Made by a program: the position numbers and the translations under genes. Shown here in pieces: positions 1-10,200 of a DNA stretch of 15,617 nt (the stretch's first letter is position 1; every line of letters begins with the position of its first letter). This DNA is from Azolla caroliniana (lineage: Eukaryota > Plantae > Polypodiophyta). The notes under the pieces were generated by a model. The model did not search any database. It was not told the origin of the DNA and saw nothing but the letters and a program-made list of their open reading frames with translations. The stretch covers positions 1-15,617 of the forward strand of contig JBHGNT010000788.1 of the NCBI GenBank assembly GCA_043228905.1, given 5' to 3'.

Positions 1-891
1 AAGCAAATGCCAATTGAGAAGAAAGGACAGTTGCAAAGTGACTTGGTATTAGAACAAAAACGGTCATGGCTCCAAGCCTTAGAAGAAAAAAGAAAGCATA
101 TTGAGGCCGCCAAGAAATATGCCGCACAACAAGACACGTCATGGTGGGATGTATTTTATAGTGATTAGAAAGGAATTATAGACAATTGTGTATCTGGTGA
201 TAATTGGAATTTGGAAACGCCATTCACATTGTCGCTGCAACATAATCGTGTAAATAGAACTTTGGAGCAACTAGCAAATGGGATTAATGACAGCTTGGTC
301 CATCCACAACAAAGAGACATTTATGTGGAACCAAGGATGACCAAAGCAGTCGAAGCTAGATGGCAAGGCAATTTGCAAGAGCTCACCGCGGGGATGTTGA
401 TTGCAACGCTGGCTGATGAGAACTCACATGGCCACCAATTTTGGGTTGGTAAAATTCTAGAAGTGCTAATGCATGAAATAGAAAACACAATCAAGTCTAT
501 AAATGTTCATTAGTACAACACTAGAAGTGCAAATGCTTTTACAGGTAAGTATACATTGGAGATGATTGAATGCCCAACAAGAAGGGGAGGTAGGAAGAGG
601 AAGCGAAACATTCGTAACACCTCGACCCTTGATATCTCTGATGTGGATATCATCGTGTATGACTTCACACTTACAAAAGCCGAACGATTAAGGAAGTCAA
701 CAATAGATATAATAAAAGAAAAATTACCAGGTCTACAAGGTGGCTCGAGTCAAAGGCAAACGAGATCTGGTACATATAATCTAGAGTCAAACCATTTGGT
801 TTATGACGAAGATAATGTACTGATTGGTACATCCGAGGATGACGAGGAGGAATCGTCATTGTATATTAGTTATAGTAGTGATTCTCCGTAA
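1..891 (+). pseudogene. 3' end of a decayed ORF, probably transposon-encoded (entering from left of the window)
   Basis: Frame +1 reads from 1 to 891 with only two TAG stops (166-168 and 511-513; the second, VH*Y, looks like a former VHWY). Track ORFs 211-513 and 556-891 are the same frame. Motifs GMLIATLA...FWVGKI...VH(W)Y and YDFTLTK..RLRKST, a basic NLS-like RRGGRKRKR, and an acidic tail. No introns needed. Family not established. Confidence 0.6.
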
Positions 892-1298
892 AGGAGTGAT
901 AATGAATGTATATTTGGCTATTAAGTGTAACTACATTCCGCTTGTAACAAATCGAGTAATATAAAAGCATGTGTTTTGAATTCTTATGATTTCTAAAAAA
1001 TCGTTTCTTATAAAATAACATTGGTTGTAAAGTTTGTGATATAAATTGACAGTGTAACTTTTTGAAATTTGTCTTTTTTTAGTTACTTCTAAATCACGAA
1101 AATAGTGGATTTTTAACCTTTTTCATAGTATGTTTGAACATGTATAATACTGGTATCAATGTGTTTTGTAAAATCATTGAAAAAGCCCTAAAATCAACCA
1201 AATTTTCCCTTATCCTTCCATTTATGGGCGATCCTTCCACTTGTGAACGCGAACGTGTTTTAATATCATCACTTGCATCCAACATAATAGGAATAGAT

Positions 1299-2139
1299 CA
1301 TGGTTGTTTACGTACCCGTATTTAACGTTTAAATACGTATAGTACCTCATCATTTGTATAGTACGTACTATACCTCAATGTTGTTCAGTCAAATATCATG
1401 TACATTTGTCCAATACGGTATTTAACGCATTTATAAAAAAACAGGTATAATACGTATTTATAAAGAAAATGTAAGTAAGATCCTAACAAAAAGCAAAAGA
1501 AAAAAAAGATTTTAGTGAAAAAGAAGCCAAAGGAAGGAAGAAAGACAAATAGAAGAGACGACGATGAAGAAGATGAAGAAGAAGAAGAAGAAGAAGAAGA
1601 AGAAGAAGAGAGAAAAGAAGACATAAACCTATCCTGAGTGTGATAATCACAGTAGATAGAAGAAGAAAACGAAGAAAAGAGAAACCTATCATGAGTGTGA
1701 TAATCGTAGAGAATTCCTCAATCTATGAAGGCATAATTGTAAATAATTACAATTTGAAGTAGAACATCGTGATACACACTTACACTGATTTATAGAATAA
1801 GGGAATGTCGACATTCATATTACTACAAGTATTTTAGGATGTGAAATGTTCAAATGTCTTATATGCATTTTAGGATGTAGAACTATATTGTACATCACAA
1901 AATTGTGTAAACATAGATGTTTTTTACAATATTATAGATATTTTTTAGAAAGGTAAATAATTTTTCAAATTCTAGAGGTATTTAACGCACTATACGTATT
2001 TTACGTATTTATAAGTATTTAACATATTAAGAAAACGTATTTAACATATTTTTAAATTGGGAGGTACTATACGGGTATTAATACGTTAAATACGTATGGT
2101 ATCCGTACCGTACCGTACCTAACGTACCTAACAACCTTG
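1299..2139. mobile_element. Non-autonomous hAT-type DNA transposon (MITE), 841 bp
   Basis: Perfect 8-bp TSD GAATAGAT at 1291-1298 and 2140-2147. Imperfect TIRs CATGGTTGTT / CAAGGTTGTT (reverse complement of right end). Inverted subterminal block CGTATTTAACGT...CGTATAGTACCTC at ~1317-1348 versus ~2061-2093. Repeated GTATTTAAC and CGTAC motifs near both ends. An 8-bp TSD with short TIRs is typical of hAT elements. Confidence 0.85.
1575..1607 (+). repeat. (GAA)11 microsatellite inside the MITE
   Basis: Direct count, within a purine-rich tract at ~1485-1682. Confidence 0.95.
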
Positions 2140-4495
2140 GAATAGATGCCCAAACTCTTCAAATTCTCCTTCTTTTTCGGTTAGTTGTATTGCCATAACC
2201 CTTATAACTATCATAATCACCTTTAATCGTATGTATCAATAATTCCCAGAAGGTCTTAACCTGATCCACAACATGAATTTGTTCAGCATTGTATAATTTG
2301 GAACACCTCCCTTTCCAAAGAACCCATAAGGCCAAAGAGGAGACAATCTACAACCGTGAAAAGAACTTGAGTCCTTGGAAGGAGCGTGAAGCACAGCACA
2401 CTTGAAAACTTTTTACATGTAAAGTCAACAAAGAATTATGATAATGGTAAAAAGCCGTATGTTGAGCCAATGTTCCCCAAAAAACTGCACCCCACGTGAA
2501 AATAGCTAACCTATACTTACGACCTAATAGCCTAAGAATTCAAAACCAAAAACTTTTGGCCGCAACACATTCCCAAAAAACATGATGTAATGTCTCAGAT
2601 GCAAACCCACACATAACACATTATCGATCAGGCACTGGTCCCCTCAATAAAGCTCCTACTGGCAATGCATAATGAATCATCAACTATCGAAAATACAATA
2701 CCTTGTTCATACATTTAAATGACCAAAATTGTTTCCAGAACTTCAACATAGGAGTAGATGACACATTACCTTCCTCCCAGTACTTTTTTTCCGCAGGTAC
2801 CAACTCAATCTAATTCAAGAGAAAGTTTCTATCAAACGCCACCGAATATGTGAAGAATGGAAGGACCTTCGTTTGTGAAGTGTCACAACTGGACAACTTC
2901 CAACCATAATCAAATGGATCCCACTACAGATCAACAATCGACCTAGAGTGTAAAACCCAAATATGAGATGAATAGTTAGCAATTAATGGATTAGGATCTA
3001 TAAATATCTTTTTATCTAATCTAGCAATTACTCGCAATGGCAACCTATTTGCAAAAGACATAATTGGAGACTCCTCCTCTACTAATAACAACCTACCATT
3101 ATCCAGAACTTCATAAAAATAAAGGTTGCCATTTCGATGATATAAACGAGCTCCTATAAGTATATTAAATATCGAAAACATACCATACCAACTCTAAAAA
3201 TGATTGAACTGCAAAGTTGGCATTGTTACGTGACACATCATGGATAATATTTGCCCCTCTTAAATTAGACAACAAATTCCTTTGGTTTTGCGCCGAAGTT
3301 TGCAAAATTTGTAACCAATCCGCAATCGTACGAGTTGGGCTCTATCCATTGTAGCCCAAGATAATCTTGGTCGTAAACCCAAAACACATGCAACTTCATT
3401 ACCAAATAAAGGATTCCATAACAACGGCTAACACAATAATTGATGATAAGTTTTGGGTGGCAAAAAAACAAGTGCTTGACAAATACTTTCCCATGCATGG
3501 AGAATTCCATTAAAGAAACGTAGAGATCCAACAATAGACTTAGGTAATGGAAAATCTGAATTAAAGAACCATCTAAGACTATCACTCTTTTGACCACCTG
3601 TCGATGGTTTAAACTTATAAAAATGACGAATCCATAACTTTTTCCATAACTCCTCTCCTGGCAATAAACTCCTAACAACATGTTTAGTAAGTAATGCTTT
3701 ACTTTGCATAAAAGGATCAATCAAACCTAAACCTCCTTTTTGTTTAGACTGTATAAGAACCAACCAAGCTACCTTTGCTATAGGATTGTTTGAAATAGCA
3801 TTCCTCCAAATAAACTTCTGTACTATATTGAACTCTAGAAAACAACCACATAGATGTCGAGGACAAAAGCACCGAATCAGCAACAACTGCATGTCCTGCT
3901 AGGGACAACTTTTCCTTAGTCCAGTATATTAACTTAATCCTTAATCTTAACAACAAATGCGCAATCATATCTTCTACATTTAATTCCAAACCTACTCTAC
4001 ATCCTAGATACGTAATGGAATGGCCTCTTGTTAGGTAGAATCCTCAAGCAGGTACATCAACTGGCGGATCACTCGTAGTCACCCAAAAACCATTTGATTT
4101 ATCCCAATTGATCAATGCACCCGATGCATCTAAGAAGTCATCCACATCATTTTGAACCTGCAATAAATTAACTTGTGAGGCTTGAACATAGAGAGTTGCA
4201 TCATCAGCAAACTCACTGTCCACACCGACATCTGCAAATGGTAGTGCAAAAACTTTGATATTTACATGATGAGAATTTAAATGTATAGAAATGCTTCAAA
4301 TACTGTAAAAACAGAAAAGGAGCAAGTGGACATCCCTATCGTACTGAGCTTGAAATAGGGAATTGCCTACCAACATCCCCTGCAAATAAAAGAGAACTAT
4401 GTGCATACAATATAATGTTGAAACTCATCGTATCCATCTTTTTGGAAAACCCATCCTGAGTAAATTGTCGTCCATAAAGTCCCAATCCACTTTGT

Positions 4496-5096
4496 CATAA
4501 GCTTTTTCAAAATCAAGAAATAACATTGCCAAGTCTTGCTCATGCAATTAAGCAAAGGCCACCATTTCCCAAAAAAGAATAATATTATAAAAAATACTTC
4601 GCTCTTGCATAAAACCAATTTGAGAATCATGAATCAGCTCAAAAAGATGAGGTTGTAAGAGTCTAGCTAACATTTTTGCTAGTATCTTATGAATAACATT
4701 CAACAAAGTAGTTGGTCTCCAATGACGAAGTTCTTGTAATTAACCACTTGATTTGGGAATCATATAGATTAAACCCTCATTCCATTCTTGTGGCCTAAGT
4801 TTTTTCAAAATCAAGAAATAACATTGCCAAGTCTTGGTTATGCAATTCAGCAAAGGCCACCATTTCCCCAAAAAGAATAATATTATGAAAAATACTTCAC
4901 CCTTACATAAAACTAGTCTGAGAATCATGAATCAACTCAAAAAGATGAGGTTGTAAGCGTCTAACTATCGTTTTTGCTAGGAATCTTATAAATAACATTC
5001 AACAAAGTAAATGTTCTTCAATGACGAAGTTCTTGTAATTGACCACTCAATTTGGGAATCATATAGATTAAACCCTCATTCCATTCTTGTGGCATA
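4496..5096. repeat. Tandem duplication of ~298 bp within the L1 RT region (two copies, about 90% identical)
   Basis: 4496-4793 aligns to 4794-5092 with roughly 27 differences by manual count. The two track ORFs MILKLVLCK... and MILRLVLCK... are the paired copies. Confidence 0.95.
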
Positions 5097-5780
5097 TTCC
5101 GAGAATCTAAAATCTGTTGATAAGCTTTGGTCAGTCCCTCACCTATCACATCCCAATATTGTGTATACCACTAAACCCCCAACCCATCCAATCTAGGACA
5201 AACGGTTTTTTCTAGGGCCTTTGTTGCTTTAAGAATCTCTTGTCAAGAACTTAATGGTTGCAAAAGACATTCTGAAAGCTGTACAGACACTCTACCTTGA
5301 ATCCTTGACCATATAATATCCCTTTTAAATAAATCATGTCAAGAAAAAGATTTAGCCTTCAACAAATTTTCATAATATTTGGAGGCTATTTGACGCATTT
5401 GACTAGGATTAGTGGTATAAGAACCATCAGGACATTTTAAACAAGAAATACTAGCAGTCGACTTATGGTAAGTATGCACTACAAAGAACAGTTTATTGAC
5501 TTTATCTCCCAACTATGCCCATTCAGAAGATCTGTTGTGGTAAGTAAAATGAATTGAAACCTTTTCTAATTCCAATATTTGATTCCCTAATTGTATCACT
5601 TTGGAACTTATATAAGACGATGAACTTCTCTCTTGCCAATGATGCAAGGACCTCAATTCCCTACAAAGTCTCCCTATTTTAGTAAAAAGTGCATAAAATA
5701 CTTGTTTAGCTTTACAATAATAGCCGTCTGAACACTAGATAATGCATCATAAGGATAGTCATACTTATTCCAAATATTAT

Positions 5781-6249
5781 TGTTGAGCTGACAAGCTCAA
5801 CTAGATCTGGATTGGCTGAATAAGCCTGAGCCAGAGCCGGATTAGTATCCAGATCAGAGAACTAGATAGGTATCCGGAACCAAGAGCCGGATCTGAGAGC
5901 CACAGTATTCCTCAAACTAGATCAAGCAACCTACAACTCATCAACATTCAACCCTCCATAGCATAAGCTTGCCAACGTTGAGTGACACAGAGCCGATACC
6001 TTGTATTAGACATGATTGCTACACACCCAACACTATTTACAACAATCCTTGGTGTGCTCCAACCACCTACTTTGTTTGCCATCTTGAGTGTTAATGCACA
6101 TGATTCCTCATTGATGACATCGACTTGCTCCTAATCTCCTACTTTCATATCCTTTGGTCCATCACCTTAAAGACATTCTCCTCAACCTCTCCAACTCCTT
6201 TTCCTACAATATTCCTTAAACTAGATTAGGCAACCTACAACTCACATTC
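5781..6249 (-). mobile_element. Possible LTR/TRIM-like retroelement remnant
   Basis: 5781-5946 is bounded by TGTTGA...TCAACA and preceded on the minus strand by the purine-rich GGAGGGTTGAA (PPT-like). A ~45-bp direct repeat links 5902-5949 and 6206-6249. A weak PBS-like AGGTATC follows a CA at ~6001. No TSD found. Confidence 0.4.
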
Positions 6250-7118
6250 CAAAGAAAGAGAAAGAAAGAGATGCAACCAAAGAAAGGTGTCTTAAAATTG
6301 CCAACATTTCTTGATTGTCCAATCCATGGTTCTTCGTTTATATAAAGAAATAATAACGATAATAAAGACAAATATATATGTATATTTTATACACACATGT
6401 TCATAAGAGAGAGCCACATTACCTAGAAAATCAAAGTTATTACATGATCTAGATACACAATTTAGTGTTTAGGGGTTTAAGGTAATTATGAGACCAAATG
6501 TCAATATAGGGGAAATAAAGGTAAAAAATAAAAGCTCAACATATGATTGGCATGCTTTCTCCAAGGGCAACTAGATCACATGGTTTAACTCAATATCACC
6601 AAAAGCTCCAAGGTATAGATACAAGTGCATTGAGCTACTGAGACTGCCATTGTCAATCCCTCAATCACCCCCATCTAATGAGATCCTAAATTAATGAAGT
6701 AGAGTTACTTGTAACTATGTTTTTATTTTATTACTTTTTAAAGATATAGATCCATACACATTTGTTACCACTAGAAGACACCTTAGAAAATGTTTCTTAT
6801 CAAGATCACAGGAGGAGGAGAGAATTAGCTTCAATTAAGTTGATGTTCATGATCCCTGACTCTAAGGCACTATTCAACTGTATCTATTTGCAAAATATTT
6901 GAGGATACAAACAGTCCATTTCTCTCACTAAACCATCTGCATCTATCTAGGAAGCCTTTGTAGCATACATAAAAGTAAATGGATCATTGGCCAATACATT
7001 GGAATCAATGCATCAAGAACATTTACTGCATAATTGTAATCAATGAAATTTTGAAGTTGAGTAGGAGTTGTTCATTTCCTTGCGAAACGTTTGTCAAATC
7101 CTTGCATGGCATTACAAA

Positions 7119-7259
7119 TTACCGTCTCCGTGGCCCTGCACTTACTGTTCTTTGAGCAGTCCCAGGAGCAGCCCCTTGGCTGGAACCCTCTTCTGGCATG
7201 TTCGCCACTTGTGTTATGGCATTTAATATGATGAGACCCAGTGGAACAATATACATCCA
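7119..7259 (-). CDS. EMC10: EMC10 exon 8 coding part (WMYIVPLGLIILNAITQVANMPEEGSSQGAAPGTAQRTVSAGPRRR*)
   Basis: Acceptor TTTTGCTAG|TGG, stop TAA at 7121-7119. Encodes the TM helix and a short basic tail. Confidence 0.92.
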   Translation of the reverse strand, partial: WMYIVPLGLIILNAITQVANMPEEGSSQGAAPGTAQRTVSAGPRRR

Positions 7260-10200
7260 CTAGCAAAACAAACAAGATACATTAGTACTCAAATATTTAC
7301 TTATATCTTGCCAAACTTCTGATTCCCTCTTCAATAGACCAAGAAGGTTATGAATAATGTAGAATCTCAAGTATGACATTACTAGATGGAAACAGCAGTT
7401 GGCAGTATTGTGTGTACAAAAGACTTGAACTAGCATGTGTATGGAGATTGTTGCAAATTTAGATATATTAGTTCTCTGGCAAGTGCAATTATTATCTCTT
7501 TTAAGTGTTTATGATATGCATAAATTCCTGAAACAAACAGAAGAAAAACAATACAAAAATTATTTTAAGACTCTGGAGAGACTGAAACAAGAAAGGTCAT
7601 GATTATGTAGATATGTAATCAGTACAAATAAAATTTCTAAAAGCTGACGCTAATAAAAATCAGCAAGCTCAAGCTAAAATCTACACTGGTGCTAGTGTCA
7701 GAGAGGAGGAACGTAACTAGAAGATAACAAGGGGTAGAGTGAAATTAGAGTGGAACGGGGAGGGGTAGATTTGGAAATAAAAAGTGAAAAAAGGAAGGCA
7801 GGGTGGGAAAATAGAAAAGAGAGGGGGAAGGGGTGAGAAGGCTAAAGTTTAAATCACTTAAATGTGAATATCCTGAGCATTATTCTAATAGGAGGGGGCA
7901 GTTCTACGTTGAATATCCCAATCTACTCATGATTGCTATATTTGTAGCATAGTAACATATGTGAAGCAATACAATGACTCTCATTCAACATTTTCTAGAA
8001 TTTTTCAATCACTTAAAACTCATGCAATTTGACTGTTGAGTCCCATGCTGGTATTTTCTACCAAAATGAATGTTGCACATAATAAATGTGCATGATGGGT
8101 GACGCATCTGAAAGAAGAAATGAGATATAAAACTGACACATCTAGAAGAAAAGATAAGATGGACCTACATATTTTGCCCAGAATGATTTCTCAACTGGCT
8201 TTTTAGGCTGACCATCTTCATCCAGCACCACCTCAACATCATTGATGGTTGGAAGGGACCTGCATATACAATAGTATTTGTTTCTAGTTTGTTACTTTCA
8301 AGCATGCACTAGAATGCAAAAATCCTGTCCTATATCTACATCATAAATCCAAAACTATTTTCAGTGTGAGTTATTTTGTTTTCAATACCTTACAGCTTGT
8401 TCTGGACCTTTTAGCACAATATATGAGTCAAAGATCCACTTTGTTGGCTGTGCTCCAAAATAAACAAATTAATCCAGGAAGCAAATAGTATGTACTACAA
8501 AACACATTAATAGAAAACCTTTTCATGCAATTTGTTAATGCTACATTGGAAGTGCATGGGTTAATACAAATACAGCTTACCACAAGGGTACAGCCCTAAT
8601 ATGAAAAAGAGAAATGGAGACTCACAAGCTTAAATAAAACTAATAAAGTAATCATATGGTATCAAACCAGTCTGATGACAAAGGCCCTCATTGACTTAAT
8701 CAAATTGATACAGGCCTTACATAGGACATATGTAAGAGTTGAAATCCAACGCATGTTGCACCACATAATGTTGGTCCAGAAAGGCAAATAATATTTAGTA
8801 TATGGTATATCCTAGATATACGTAGACTTACTGCATTCAAATTTTTACCCTGCATTCCCTTTCTCTAGTAAAAAACTGTCACACAAAAATTATGGAACAA
8901 ATGCTTAATTAGAGAGAACATTAGAAAAAGCTCCTGTCAGTTATAGATATGCATGCACATGGTAGCCAAACCTATTGAGACAAGTTTCAATCAAGTTCAT
9001 CATATATGTTTGAAGTTTTGGAAAGACACATATTAAGGAGAAGATTACCATGTCTACCACCTAAATCCTCATTGAAATATTATAACGTGTTAACATAGAC
9101 AATTTCTCATACTTGACAATAAGCACTTGAAACAAATTGAATTACTGGGATGCAGATTGAGACCATTTCTGAAAGTATAATTTTGAGAAATTCACATTTA
9201 AATGTTTAAGATGCGCATGTGCAAACATTTGCAAGATAGTTATTAATGGCACTGTTTAAAACTTTCATGACTCCGAGAAATCCTGTTTCAAATTCAAGGC
9301 CCGTGTAGTAGTGATACTCGTCAAAGAGACAAACAAGTAGTGGGGGCAGAATTTATATTCAAGCTTTGGTTATTGAGGGTGTATCATTACTGCATGCATC
9401 AGTTTGAGATCAGAGGGAAATGCTAATGTCACTCTATTAGGCAATATATTATCTGATCCAAAGACCGTTACATCACAATATATATCATGTTTCAAAGCAT
9501 AAATGCAAAGATCCAAGAATCTACAGACCATGAGCTTCTTCGAACCCATTAGTGATCAAAGATTCTAGATGACAATTTGATCTGAAACATTGCCTCTATT
9601 GAATCCCTAGATTATGAACTTCATTCCTTATGACGCATTCAAACTTGTACTAAGACTCATGCACTATGATAGTAACAGATAGGATATAACCATTGACACA
9701 TAAAATATTTTGCACATTCTTTATCCGCACATTCATAAAGATCAAATTAAAAGAAGTATGAAAACATCTGCTGAACAAAACATAAATTGTACTATAGCCT
9801 ACATTGATAACATCAAGAACTTATACCAATGATGCTACATTGAAATAAATGCAAATCTATGTCCTTGTACTTCTACTTGTTGCAGGAGAAACTTCTTACA
9901 TAGTTTGGAATTCGAGGATAAGCACACTGACTTGCACCATACCCAATTGAAATAATATTTCCTCTTTCCTGTAAGAAAAATGGAAAATTAAATGGCATGT
10001 ATGTCTTCCTCTTTCCACCAATAGACAAAAGAGTGAATTACAAAAGTAATAAATGTACCATGTAAAACTCAAATCGTTCGTGAAGATTGGATGATGCTAA
10101 ACAGCGCTGCAAAAGAGTTACAATGAGATATAATTGCAATATAGTCTTTGTACAGGACAGTGAACCTAACTTACTGCTTTCACTGAGGAGAGGATCCAAT

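Larger units (their letters stand above)
1240..5780 (-). mobile_element. Degenerate, 5'-truncated L1/Tx1-clade LINE, ORF2 remnant (RT plus zf-RVT-like C-terminus)
   Basis: Minus-strand fragments in colinear order: PQEWNEGLIYMIPK, WRPTTLLNVIHKILAK, LFLDFEKAYDKVDW, R*GCPLAPFLF (~4315-4345), EFADDATLY (~4190-4215), INWDKS, YLG, W...KLSLAG, KVAW...KQKGGLGL, and CVMC...ETLHHVFWEC (~2565-2625). Many stops and frameshifts. Both ends are approximate. Confidence 0.9.

Noticed and set aside
542-550. Consensus splice donor CAGGTAAGT in the pseudo-ORF
   Set aside because: The reading frame continues through it with plausible coding sequence, so no intron is required.
1385-1692. Track ORFs with poly-Ser or poly-Leu runs (1385-1624, 1483-1692)
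   Set aside because: They are reverse-strand readings of the (GAA)n tract inside the MITE.
7072-7275. Track ORF MFVLLVDVYC...
   Set aside because: Wrong frame over EMC10 exon 8. The true frame reads WMYIVPLGL...
7695-7850. Strongly purine-rich plus-strand tract with G-runs in EMC10 intron 7
   Set aside because: It is pyrimidine-rich low-complexity intron sequence on the sense strand, with no ORF or defined boundaries.
8937-9003. Possible intronic C/D-box snoRNA on the minus strand (ATGATGA...CTGA, 67 nt) in EMC10 intron 5
   Set aside because: No terminal stem and no rRNA or snRNA antisense element that I could recognise. Such boxes occur by chance in AT-rich DNA. A snoscan or Rfam search would settle it.
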